This document shows, in pieces, positions 40,901 through 52,819 of a stretch of 64,000 nt of DNA. The translations under genes were made by a program, and so were the position numbers. Every line of letters begins with the position of its first letter. Position 1 is the stretch's first letter. The notes beneath the pieces are model-generated. The model searched no databases, was not told the origin of the DNA, and was given only the letters and a program-made list of their open reading frames with translations. Source of the DNA: Hyphochytrium catenoides. Its lineage: Eukaryota > Protista > Hyphochytriomycota. The stretch spans positions 23,059 to 87,058 of the forward strand of contig FLMG01003853.1 in assembly GCA_900088475.1 (NCBI GenBank), read 5' to 3'.

Positions 40901-43900
40901 GGAGTGAACCTAGAGGTAGATTCTCTGCCCGACATCCCTGAGAATTTATTGCAGCGACTGTTTGACAACCTCATTGAGAGGTGTCCTGAGGAGGTGAGTC
41001 GACTAGATTTCTTGGCTCTGTCAATATGAAGAGAGGAAGGTGATGAAGATGCAACTGGTGCGGTCTAGTACGTGCGGAAGGGGTAGGGGAGGTTGGCTCA
41101 TTTAGCCAATAACAGGCGACACAAGTTACTAATCAGCTGTTTGTACTTCTCGGTCGCCCTAGTATCTATCCAAACAACATGCTATTGGATCTGAGAACCG
41201 CAAGCTACAGCTCTCTGTGGAACAGTAAGTTAGTTATCTGTCCCTCTTTCCCCAGTATCCTGTGATATTCAAAAGGAGAGGCTTATCACCCTCTTGCACT
41301 CCTTTTCCTCCAGAAGAAACCGTGCGATGCAAGCAGTTCCGTCGCCCCGAAAACGAAGAAAATCGCTGGGAACGCAGGAACCACCTCCTTCTCCCCTGCA
41401 GGTACTCAATAGGGTGGAGGAAGAAATGTCGTCTATCGGCATTTGCAAGGAAGGGCTGAAGGACGCTGCCAGGGAAATAAAGGAGCTCAGTAACGGGAAT
41501 GGAAAACAGTTAGATGTCCGCCCTAGTCCACCTTGTATGTTACTGCCCTCTCTACAGACTTTTTCTAACCTTCGTCGTCACTCCCGGCCATTTGATCTTG
41601 GTCATATGCCAGATCCGGAAACCCTTTACAGATTTCTTTCGGACCTTCCATCTCTCAGTTCGAGCTCAGACGCCGCGTGCGGAGGAGGGTTTGACGAAAA
41701 GTCTTAGCGCTTCAGAGCTGTTGATCAAAGAGGATAGAACGAGGGCAACGGAGATACCCGATCGGTATGTGTCAAGTTGTTATTATCTATCCTGGACGAC
41801 TTCTTTTTTTCATCTTCACAATGCTCTACTGCCATGAATGCTGCCACCCTCTTCGGCCGTAGAATCTGCCGAGTTTGCGGGGCTGAACGCCATAAGCGGG
41901 AGTTAGAAGCTTCTCTCTCTTTACGCGTAACATTTTTTCGTATCTCTGCTCTACTAGAACTGATTCTTGCCCCCTAAGCCCAAGTAGCCCAAAGCGGGAG
42001 CCACCTCCTCCTCCTCCACGAAAGGAATACAAGGGGACGGACGATGGGGAACGATATTCAGAGGTTGAAGTTACATTTGGCAATGGTCCAGTAAGTGGAT
42101 GTTATCGAAGTCATTCCTCAAGTCCCGCGTCTATTCGCCATCTCAGCTGTCGATTTAGTCCTCCGTTCTGCCTACGTTAGTCCTCCGTTCTGCCCACGTT
42201 CACTCCCAAACCTAGACTGACCGTATCGCGCTCTTGTTTCGTGGCCTCGTTCTTCCTGGACATTATCAAGCTTGGAATCGTCTTCGAGTCTACGCATCTT
42301 CGCCTCCTGGCTGCTGGTAACTTCGATGGCAGACGGCATGCCTCTTTTGATTGCTCGGCAGTTGTAAAGGTAAGGCCAGGGTGAAGTCTTACCAGGGCTA
42401 GCTATTTAGGCTATTTTTCCAAAGTTTAGAAAGGGCCGCCAGAGCCCAATAATAGAGAGGGGAGAATGATCAGTAGTAACGCAAAGCCAAGGCGCATAGG
42501 GTATTGAAAAGACAGCGAACGCGCTTCGTGGATGTTCATTTCAAGAGTGTTGCCTATGTTAATCTGCCTTCATATGTCCCACCACTCTAGGATATCGATT
42601 CTGACGTTCTGTATTGGGCGCCGCCGTACTACTGACCTCTCATGGTGTTCTCCTACAGGAGTTTATGAAGCTGAAAGGCGGGGTCCCTGGTCCCGCAGAG
42701 CGATGTGGTCTAATCCGTCCAGGATCTTACCTCATCGCTATCAACGGCAAGTCGACTTTAGATTTGTCCTTCGAGAAAACCATGGAAAGGCTGAGGTCTT
42801 CGTCCCGGCCAATGACTCTCAGATTTCAGACAGGTACCTCAATGCACGAGTTCAATTAGTAGAATGTGAGAGTGAGCGAAGAGACCAATGTCCTGAAGAC
42901 TCAACAAGACGAGGGTGTTCAACTGTATCCTACGGGTTATAGCACTGATTCACTTTGTTCCCCGGTTCTGACACCTTGTTCTAAGGGAAATTACCTCACG
43001 CCAACGCGACAAGCTTTGCATCGCGACTACTTTCTCTGTCGTCTCCTTCCTCATCCGACCCGTACTTGGAAGCTGGGCGGCCATTGCAGTGGGTCGACGA
43101 AATCCGGCTAGCGTTCATTGAATTGTTCGCAGAGCTCTTCTGCGACTATAAGCAGTTTGTCAAGAAACCAAAACGGTAAGAGCAGTTGTTTTCACCTGTC
43201 GGATAGTAGCTTTCAAACACCTACACATCACCTAGGTTTCTGTACGTTTTTCACTAGTAGTTGCCGTTGACCCCGGATTGTTATATCTACCGTGTGGGTG
43301 CTCACCATGATGTACTGGTCAGTCTAACTTTAACGATACGCACAGAATACCCTCCGGCGACGGTGGACCTCAGAGTCGTTTAGGGTCATCTGAAGGCTTT
43401 GAGGACGTTCTTTTCGATAAAAAGACGTTTCTTCGAAATGTACCTGAAGACCACCGAGCCTTCCTGGTAATTTGGCTTCTTACTGTGGACTTGCTGCCTT
43501 ATAGCAATGCATCGCTCTGGACGTATTATGTTAACATCCTCCACAGACCGCCTTCCTAAATACGCAGGCGTTTGCGAGCTTTGCCAACGACTGCGCACTT
43601 GCCTTATCAGACGTTGAGGCAGATCCCGAAATTGACCTCTTTGACCGGTAAGGACTTCTTCCATGTCAGCCATGAGCCTTAGTCTTCGTCTCCGGTTACT
43701 GCACGGTTTCTGATGCCCCTTATTGACCCCTGACTCGTTCGCTTTCATTAGTTGTATCAAGACAGCTCGAGCAAGCTCGAGCCGCCGAGCTTTACGCTTT
43801 TTGATCCGGAGAGAAGATCCCCAGCCTTCACGCACGATCCGTGCCCCTCCACCTCAGATAGGGGGTTCCATACAACCAGTGATCTACATACCGAACAGGT

Positions 43901-45143
43901 AGATTCCTGTGGGATGCATAGTTGTGTTTGGTTGCCCTCCGAAAATATACCCTTATACTCCCTGGTCACCTCTCTTTCCCCTTGCTTGGGAGTTGAAATG
44001 AAAGCCTCAGCTATGACATTGACTCGCATCTTTGCTCTTATCTACGCCACCTTCTGAGAGAAGTATCCTTGCTCTTGTCGTGCTTGCTCTTAAAAAAGTA
44101 CCTGGATACCCGTTGATGATATTAGTCTGTTTGCTTCTTAAAAGCCTCGTTGGCATTACTTGCAACGCTAATTGCGTTTTGTCCTCCTTAGGTTTCCCAA
44201 GCTAGACTTAGAGGCTTTCCCAGATCCCAAGGAAGAAGGGAGTCATGTAGAAGCAGCAACTGGCAAGGACGAGGCAGAGATAGACGAAAGCATGTCACCC
44301 AGGCTAGAAGGTGCCAGACTTACTCGGCACGGGAAGTCCGGAAGATTGACTTCCAACCTTCACGGAGTTGTGCAGCAGAGCTCGATTGAGGTGCTCGCTT
44401 GCTAAGAGATCGTATAATACACGAGCCTCTTTCTCTAGAACATCCTCGGCTTCTGTTTATTTTGCTCGACACTCTGGCATAAGTCACGAGCCTTGCTTGC
44501 TACACCTCAAGTGATTCTTCTTTCGTAATCCTCTAACTAAATGCATGTACTCGTACTTGCTCGGCAATGTGATGCAGGATGGAAAACCTGTGCATCCTAC
44601 GAACACTGCTTTACCTAAGTCAGTGCTGCAGAAAATCCACTCCTTGGACTATGGAGAGTTTGGTGGTATGTATGCTCACTAGTGGGCAGACGAGCTAGTG
44701 CGCGTGGAGAAACATATGACGGAAGTTATGGAGGGATTGCTGAGGGTCTGTGAGGGATAAAAACTGTTATGGGGGAAGAGATGACCTCGAGCTTATCACT
44801 TTTATCTGCAGAGGAGAGACCTGAAAGCCCTCTGGTTAGCCCCAAATCCCCGTTTCGCCTGGACCTTTATAAGAGGTAACTTATGTTCCCTGTAATGGCC
44901 TGATGTCACGACTCCACCGTTAAGCCTTGACTGGCAACCTCATTACCCTCTGCTTGACACCACTACGTCCCCTTTGTCATGCTCAGCTCATCCTTCCCTA
45001 ACATTCTCCTCTCCTTTGGCGGACCCGCTATTGCCAAATCCTTCATCATAGCCCTCCAAAGGTCCGAAGATTTGGCTCATTCATTGGCAATTAAGAAACC
45101 TTACAATGGAGTCACAGGCTCATCAGTATCCCTCACTCCCTAG
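37933..45143 (+). CDS. DENN-domain Rab GEF-like protein (uDENN-cDENN-PDZ-dDENN; about 22 exons)
   Basis: RLIDYFVVVG, DRFP..PL|FCLPEG, FSLTSGDGTRAYG, PKVLCLLSHFPFF, LLLEQRILVHS, ALMFPFCWQHVYIPLLP, APMPFVMG; PDZ TFGNGP|LGIVF..GPAERCGLIRPGSYLIAING; dDENN IRLAFIELFAELFCDY..FLNTQAFASF. Confidence 0.88.
42156..42200. repeat. 22-bp tandem duplication in a DENN intron
   Basis: TTAGTCCTCCGTTCTGCCYACG occurs twice. Confidence 0.85.
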
Positions 45144-45438
45144 GAGGAGGAAGGGCCTCCCAGAGTAGCGTGGTAGTGATGTCTGTTACAAAGTAGAAGA
45201 GCTTATAAGTGAGAAAAATGACTGCAGAAAACTTGATATAGATGATGAGGCAGAGGTGATCTAGATGGGCATCATTGAAGCAGGCATGAGATGCTTCACT
45301 TTTACATTAGTTCAGTCTCCAGTACCTTGAGGTACTGCTGGGCTGTTCCCAGTAATGCAAACTATTTTGGAAGGGACAAAGTTGTACATAGGACGCTAAG
45401 AGGTTGTCGGAACGACACACCACTGCCAGTTTCTGCGT

Positions 45439-47714
45439 CTAGTAGGCAAGAGGCAGGACTCTTTTGTTAGCCGCTCCTGGCACCACCTCATAACTGTTGC
45501 CCAGTCTGTGCAGCTGAAGGTACGCATCCGTCCCAAACCCTTCCATACTGATTAAGGTAAGATCTCCGCCAAAATACCGGGCAAAGAGGCGAGCGATGGG
45601 CAGTCCGTATCCTCCTCCTGCAAAGTGCTCCCTAAACGTCTCAGGCTTGATCTCTTCCTCTTCTTCGTCCATCTTGGGTGGAGGAGCAGTGGTATAAGTA
45701 TATGTGAAGAGCTTTGGCCAATCGCTCCGAGGTACTCCTCCTCCTTGATCACTGACTTTGATGCACATGTCTAAAACGGAAGAACGTTATCGTTTACGGA
45801 CAGACCAGGAAAAAGATTAGCAATGCGAGAGGGAGCAGGAGAGCGGAAGCTCATGGTATAATAAGCTAACGCAGGCCGACCGCTGTAATGCCACGCGGCC
45901 AACAAACGATGACGAGTGGGACCAAAGTTGCCTAATGACCAGAGTGGCATTCAACAAAGATTCGAGCTATTACCAGCACCAATAGAGATGAATGATATCA
46001 GGCGCAGCATGGCGATGAAAGACGGCAGTGGACCATCAGGCGATCACTCACAAGGCAAACAGCGACAGCGCTATGTGGTAGCATAGGTAAAGACAAGAAT
46101 AGCAAAGCTGTGGGGCAAACATGGCTCCATGGTACCTTCAGATCCTTGTGAGATGATTACTCTAATAGGAGGGTACTCTTCTCCCTCCACAAACTCGAAG
46201 GGCGGATGCACAGTTACATGGTCGGGAATATCCTAAAAGGTAAGACAAGGCAAAGACCGAAGGTTAGAGAAGTACGATCTGATGTGATGCTGCTACTGCT
46301 TGGTGCGTGGGTGGAGGGGATCGTATGGGGCTACGTTTCCAGGTGCTCATAAGGGGTGTATGTAGCTAAGGTTGATGACATGGAATCCTTACCTCTGGGA
46401 TCAAAAAGCCTAGTAATGGGGAGTCGATATCCATATGCCGAGCCAAGAGCTGCCTCTTCATCCTATAAGTCTCATGATGCTGCACTACCGGCGCCTCAAC
46501 CACCGCTCGCATAGAGTTTTTAATCAATTCGAACAACTGTAGAATCGAGATGAAGGAGAGGAGAGTGAGACTCAACAAGAAAAATAAGCACCGATTGCAG
46601 CCAGCCCGTACAGAAGCAGACCAAGTGCAGCTCTCCCAGGAAAATAGGGACAGGGATTCTTTGTGCTCACGGGTACCGAAGCAACATAAATGCGTACAGG
46701 GCGAGAACTTAAATTACACCTAGTGATTGATTATCCTCCCATGCTGCGAAAAATGAGTACGTATGAAGTACTCAGGGAACGAGAGAGCTCTAAAAATCAG
46801 AAGTGGTTATGAGGCGCTCAGACATAGCTGCTAGTTCTTACTATGTGGTGTAGATGGCTCTCCACATAAATAAAGGGCTGCTTGGTGCTTCCGTGGCTTG
46901 TGATCACTTCCACACGAGGAGCGGCCCCATAGATCTTTCTGCATAAAGTCGTTGCTCTCCTAGCGGCGCTTTCAGCAACCTGGGCAGGGTTCAGGCGGGC
47001 CACTCTGCCCCCGTATCTGAGCAGCGGAGAATCGAATAGGAATATTAAGGCGAGAGGGATGGCGTGAAGGTGCCAGAAGAGGCAAGACATAAACTCCGCA
47101 TTATAATGACCAGTTCTACCCCGAAGACAGCAAAGAAATGACGCGTTGGAGAGAATAAGAGATGAGCGTAGGAGGTCAAAGCGATAGATCAGAAGGGTCT
47201 TACTTCTCTTTACTCTCTGAGTGTTGTCCAATCAGCATTCTAATCCCTATCCTTCTAAGGAAGAATTCGTCTAACGATTTCCTGAGGTCTTCCTAGATAG
47301 TCATGTGAAGCAAGGATGATAAGAACAAGACCAGTGGAAGATGGCAGGATAGCACACATAACCAAATACGTTGCTTGAAGCAACGATTGCGGTAGGTCTC
47401 CCAGAATTAAGGAATAAGTCGCCGATGTAGAATATCTTCTACCATCAATCGCATACAGAATGGCTGGGTCATTCTCACCCACTAGCAAGAGATGATAGTG
47501 TAGAGGGCTCACCTGTATCTCTGGGTCTCGAAAAACGGTGGGCGAGTAGTAATGTGAACGCTTGTATTCCCTCAGTCCTCGAGCGATGGCTGGAACGATG
47601 ATCTGCCCGCGTTCCTTCATAGCAGAGAGGAGAGACGTGTACTCGACATCTTCCTCCTACAGGAGCCCGAAGCGCAATGTGTATCCCAGAGAAAACGGAC
47701 AAAGAGAGAGGGCA

Positions 47715-47746
<32 letters not shown>

Positions 47747-48728
47747 AGAAAAGAGAAGAGATGAAATTGAAACCGTAAAAGAGAGCCGAAGACGAAATGA
47801 TAGGCAGCTCGAAGCTCTTTTTGTACGGCTTCCACTATGAGTGGAAGCGAGAGAGAAAGATTGGCTTCCTGCTTCCTTCTCTGCAGCTATTCTTTTACTC
47901 TCTTCCATTGCAAACATCAACGTTATACGTTCTCCTTCTGACGTGAACTTGACTAGTGTACTGACCTCAGTAGTGGGTGGATGGGTGGACTGCAACTCTC
48001 TGAAGAAGCGGAGGTACATGTCCCGGACTAGGGTGATAGATGGCATCTCCCCGAGACCTAATGGAAGCTCGGTCAGGTCCTTGACGCATCTGGGTTTGAG
48101 AGACAAATCCAGGCTTAGCTTTAGATGTCCATCTTTCCACTAGCTTCAACGGTGCCACTCGTGGTCAACAGCGCTAAAGCCTTCTTTGGAACTCAAAGTC
48201 GTCGTGCGCGGAGAAATGCAGATCTACCCATGTCTACTAAATGTCTTACCTGGCGTAACGTATTGACAGCTCACGGTGCAAGAACTTGCTCGCAGACAGG
48301 CGCGAGGATATGTTCTGAGGATTGGCGGCTGAGCGCATCTGCTGCAGCGTCATTGGGGTTGGTTCCTGGTGAGAAGCCACAATGATGGGGGAAAGTGAGC
48401 GGCCAATTGTTATTGATACGACTGCAATGCTATACAGGATAATAGAACCAACACAGAGTCTACCATTTGTAATAATAAGACGAGAAGATAGAGAGCAGGA
48501 AGATATGCCGGCTCCGTATCGCCGTACCTGCTGAGCATAGTCCAGAAGTATCCTATCATGCTGGGGGAGAATTGGCTGCACAACCGCTCGGACCACGCTG
48601 CTAGCTGAACTCAGGGGACGGCAACGCAGTATAGGCAGGGGGCGAGATCTTGACGGCACAGAGGCACCGGAAATATCAACCGTCAACCTCACCGTCAAAC
48701 GACGGACTGCTCTCCTACACAGTGCCAT
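45439..48728 (-). CDS. PDK: Mitochondrial pyruvate dehydrogenase kinase / BCKDK-family kinase (8 exons)
   Basis: Arg-rich presequence; FLHRELSIRYAR, LDEFFLRRIGIRMLIGQH, LFELIKNSMRA (N-box), IKVSDQGGGV and GYGLPIARLFARYFGGDL..GFGTD. Confidence 0.9.
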
Positions 48729-49765
48729 GGCTTGGTGATGTCAGCTGATTCCGGCAGATCACATATGCTTCTTTGTCATAGGCCCGTCTCTCGTATCTCT
48801 CAGTGGCCCATGAAAGAAGTGCCCATCCCCCAACACCGTCAGGTCTCTCGCCAGTAGCTCGGAGACAATGCGTGGAAAGTGAAAGGAGCACGGCCAGAAG
48901 ATCTAATGAAGCTCAAACTTCTATGATGAGCACGTCTTTCTCCTTGCTTCTCGCAGTCTCTCACTTCCAAGCTCGCTCTTTCTCTCCATCCTGCATGCTT
49001 CCTTTCTGCTCAAGGTGTTTTATGTGTCTCTCCTTTTTTGCCTCTCTTCTCTGTCTCTGTCTCTCTCACTTAATCTCATTAGTCTGTTTCTCTCCTTGTC
49101 TCTCTCTTACTCTTTCTCTTTCTCTGTCTTCATCTTTCTGGTTCTCCTTCCGCTCCTCCTCTCACCATCAAGGAACTGAGGGACAAAGCCGTTTCTTCCT
49201 TGTAAATAGAGAAGAATCCATGGCTAACCTGGGTCAGTCGGTCATCCGTTTCCTTGAACCTCTTTTGTACACTCTGAGATCGTAAAGTACGCTTTGCAAG
49301 GGAAAATGATATAGACAATTGAAACAGTTCTCATTTTGGAAAGTGTCAAAGCTTTCCTCAGTTACCTACCCAGGACCCATAATCTGTCAGTAGCAGATTC
49401 TTATGGTGCGAAACAGAGATCTTTTTGGGCTTCATAAGAAGCTTCTTCTCCTGCCCTTCGGCCTAACACTTTCTTCTCACTTTCCTGCTGCATCGCCGCT
49501 GCAAGAGACTCCATAGCAGGTGCGAGAGCTTCGCTGCTTGCAGCTCAGCAGCTGTAGCTGTATGTATAGCAGCTGCCGGGCTACTGAGGCAGCGGTGCGA
49601 CTCAGCATCGCTCAAATCATCTGCTGAGGACAGAGGTTTACGACTGTTTGTTTGTTAACAGTGGCGAGGTTTGGGCTGCTGGTCATTGGAATGCGCGGAG
49701 GTTGGGCGCTGAAAGGGATGGTCCATCCTTTTATATATAGTTAGCTTATAGGTATAGGTAATATA

Positions 49766-52700
49766 CTAGGAGACAACTCCTTGCCAAATGTTGAGAGCGT
49801 ACGATGTTTGGGTGGCAGAGGTCTTCAGCCAGCACGTTCCGCCTTGATACTCCGACCAAGCAAAACCTCCGCATCCTTGCGTTTGCTTGCATACGATGCA
49901 GCAGTCATTAGGGCTGGGTCTTTGCACCGCTCCTAAATCGCCTCCTACGGCGTCCGTGTTTGACTTCATGTTGCAGGTATACGGGATCATCACCGCGGAC
50001 CGCGTTCCTGGTGCATATTGCGTGGATGCAGGACTGGACGTCTTCATCCAGCATGTCCCAGCGTTAAAGCTAGACCAGGAGTAGTGCGTACATCCAGGTG
50101 TAGACTGACAGACACCCGGGCATGCCTCTGCCGTGCTCCTTTGAGCAGCCCTGAGATCATTCCCTGGTCGATCTAAGTTGTCGTCGATGACGGAGGACAC
50201 TGCGCCGGACACAGAGACGCTCGTGGACGTTGTAAGGGAAGCGGAATACGTGCCCTGACTCGCCGCCCGAACCAATCCTCCGCCCTTCAGCCAGCAGGTG
50301 CCACCTTGGTAAGTGTTCCAAGAGTAGCCTGTGCAGTTAGCCGTCTGAGCGCAGATGCTGCAGCAGGAGGTAGCGGTTGGGCCGGGCACAGAGTTCAAGT
50401 TAGAGCCCCACAAGTCCGTGTTCTCCTGTATTGTTGAGCACTGGAAGGGGGTAGGGGCAGGCGTAGGTGCTGGGGTAGGGACAGGCGTCGGAGCAGGTGT
50501 TGGAGCTGGTGTAGGTGGTGAGCGTGTGAGCTCACAAGCTTGGCGATCCAGAGCCCATGTGGCAGGCAAAATATACCGCCGATTGCCAACGATAACGTTA
50601 TAAGGAGCACCATTCGGCGCTGTGAGCACGTTGCCCCAGACAGTGGAGCACTTATCGCTCGCCTCATTCCGGCTGTTGTCATACCATCCGTCCAAGAATG
50701 GATCTGTCACTATCTCAACCATTTCGTGACCTAACGTCTTGATCATGCTGTCCGCGGCCGCGTTGCCATTAGGGCCCTGGCCTGTAGCAAGGATTGGGCT
50801 GCTATAGCAAGCGTATGGGCATGCTGAAGGATCAAAGAGGTAGCCGTAGGGCACTCTAGCACCAGTGTTGGTGGTAAAATACCAGTGGTAACCGCAGTAA
50901 AAGCTGCAGCTAGAGTACTTAGTGCTATAGCTCTCCTGAATATCAGCAGAGCCAATCACCAGGTACATTGTGTTCTCGTTCCTGCTAAGGTTATACGTAG
51001 CCGCAGCTCTGTTGATGATGCCAACAACAGCTGTGCTAGTATTCATAAGCACCGTTCCCGAGGAATACGGATCGTAGTACGAACCACCAAAAATAAATTT
51101 GGAGCTTGCGGGGTAGCCAAACATGTCCATGTAGGTCGTTGTTACCTTCCACCAACTGGAGGAGCCCACATTGGAGACGAACGTTTCTGCAAGGATCTTG
51201 GTAATATCGTTGGGATTGTTGCTCCATCCGCCGTACCATATGAGATAGACGGTAATAGGAGCAGTGAGCACTGCCCCTCCTCGGAAATAGATGGGCTCGG
51301 TGGAGTTAGAGGTAGAGATGACGCCAGTGTCGCCATAGGTGAAGGTAGAATTGTCCTCCCCTCCACTAGTGGCGTTATTGTTCATCGTATCGTTGCGGTC
51401 CGCGGACGTGGTGGCATTGTTATCAATCGTCCCATTGACCTCCGCAGGCATGGTGAAGTTAGCATCGCTGTCATCGATGCCGAGCATAAGCTGATCGTCG
51501 TTGTCAAGGGCATACGGATTATCCCAGTCAGTGCCACCCTCCCATGGCGTTCCTGCATCTGTCTCCTCAGAGGTTACATAGAGGTTGAATGATGAACTCT
51601 CATTGTTGCTACTGTTGAAAGTCGTTTCGACGCCACTAGCAGAGGAGGAGGTGGAGGACGAAGACGTGCTAGCTGAAGAGGAAGAAGAGTTGAAGTCTTC
51701 AAAAGCAAAGCTTGAAGAGGAAGATGAAGTGGAGGAGGAGGAGGAAGCAAAGGAGGAAGAAGAAGAAGAGCTAGCTGAGTTGGAGGAGGAATTGGCGTCC
51801 TTTGGATCGAAACTCGAAGAGGAGGAGGAGGAGGACGAGAAAGCTGTGGAGGACGAAGAAGAGGAGCTAGCTGAGGTTGAGGACGAGTTGACATCTTGGA
51901 AGCTGAAGCCGAAAGATGAAGAGGAGGATGAAGAGGAAGAGTTGAGCATCTTGCCATAGGAGCCTGCAGAAGATCCAGAAGAAGAAGAAGACGAAGTGTC
52001 GAAGCGCGAAGCACCGTCCTGGGAAGAGGAAGAAGAGGACGCTGAGGAGTTAGAATCCTGATACGAGGGCTCGGAGGAGTTGGAGTAGTTAGATGAGGAG
52101 GGAACTTCCGATGGGTCATGGGAAAGGCTGCCACTGGAAGGAGAGACTGTGGTGGAGGAGGTTGTTGGAGACGGATTGGTCTGGGCTGGCGGCTCCTTGC
52201 TTCCAGACTCCTCATGAAGTGCTGGTGCAGTGGTGGGTACCGCTGTAGTGACGGGCACTTGAGTCTGCTCATGAACTGCTGGTGCAGTGGTGGGTACCGC
52301 TGTGGTGACGGGAATGGAAGTCGTAGTGGGAGCGGCTTCGGTGCTAGGCCTGGTTGTAGGTACTGGAGTTGGAGCTGCAGTAGGCACAGACCGGCTCAGG
52401 TTGGCGGGAGGAGCAAGAGTGGCAGGAGCGGGTCTACGGACCGCTGAGCTCATCCAAGCGTTGACCATCAAATACTTAGCAGAGCTCTGCGGGATGGTTG
52501 AGTAAGCAAAGTACCGGTTACTGTTGGGAAGAACAGCAAGAGAGAGCTGTGCCGTCAAGAAGATAACCTCATCGGATCGAGTGACTGGCGCGTAGTACGT
52601 CAAAAAACCTGAGGTCTCCCAGGATCGAAGTTGAGAATTGTAATCCGCAACCACATTCACAGAGGACTCTGGTCCAACAATCTGCTCTTCTGAAAGCACC

Positions 52701-52819
52701 AAGCACACAGGGAAGAAAAGAAGTGCAGCAGAGACCAAGAGAGCCAGATAAGCAGAGCGAGGGCTCTTCTCTCCATCCGGAGCGCGACGATGCCGACTCC
52801 TAGGCACGGAAGCCATCAT
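49766..52819 (-). CDS. Intronless 1017-aa secreted or anchored protein: Thr/Pro- and Ser-rich mucin-like region, PHI-1/EXORDIUM-like domain, TPAP linker, three PAN/Apple domains
   Basis: N-terminal hydrophobic segment; PIYFRGGAVL..VYLIWYG..CGYH..PNGNAAADSM..HEMVEIVTDP..EASDKC (PHI-1-like); three repeats of D..G.DL..CC..C..T.GC..(Y/F).W..Y.GGTCWLK (PAN_4/CBEL-type). Confidence 0.88.
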   Translation of the reverse strand: MMASVPRSRHRRAPDGEKSPRSAYLALLVSAALLFFPVCLVLSEEQIVGPESSVNVVADYNSQLRSWETSGFLTYYAPVTRSDEVIFLTAQLSLAVLPNSNRYFAYSTIPQSSAKYLMVNAWMSSAVRRPAPATLAPPANLSRSVPTAAPTPVPTTRPSTEAAPTTTSIPVTTAVPTTAPAVHEQTQVPVTTAVPTTAPALHEESGSKEPPAQTNPSPTTSSTTVSPSSGSLSHDPSEVPSSSNYSNSSEPSYQDSNSSASSSSSSQDGASRFDTSSSSSSGSSAGSYGKMLNSSSSSSSSSFGFSFQDVNSSSTSASSSSSSSTAFSSSSSSSSSFDPKDANSSSNSASSSSSSSFASSSSSTSSSSSSFAFEDFNSSSSSASTSSSSTSSSASGVETTFNSSNNESSSFNLYVTSEETDAGTPWEGGTDWDNPYALDNDDQLMLGIDDSDANFTMPAEVNGTIDNNATTSADRNDTMNNNATSGGEDNSTFTYGDTGVISTSNSTEPIYFRGGAVLTAPITVYLIWYGGWSNNPNDITKILAETFVSNVGSSSWWKVTTTYMDMFGYPASSKFIFGGSYYDPYSSGTVLMNTSTAVVGIINRAAATYNLSRNENTMYLVIGSADIQESYSTKYSSCSFYCGYHWYFTTNTGARVPYGYLFDPSACPYACYSSPILATGQGPNGNAAADSMIKTLGHEMVEIVTDPFLDGWYDNSRNEASDKCSTVWGNVLTAPNGAPYNVIVGNRRYILPATWALDRQACELTRSPPTPAPTPAPTPVPTPAPTPAPTPFQCSTIQENTDLWGSNLNSVPGPTATSCCSICAQTANCTGYSWNTYQGGTCWLKGGGLVRAASQGTYSASLTTSTSVSVSGAVSSVIDDNLDRPGNDLRAAQRSTAEACPGVCQSTPGCTHYSWSSFNAGTCWMKTSSPASTQYAPGTRSAVMIPYTCNMKSNTDAVGGDLGAVQRPSPNDCCIVCKQTQGCGGFAWSEYQGGTCWLKTSATQTSYALNIWQGVVS

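Noticed and set aside
51585-51959. Poly-Glu + strand ORF, and the Pro/Leu-rich ORF at 51574-52272
   Set aside because: Antisense and alternative-frame readings of the poly-Ser tract in the PHI-1/PAN gene.
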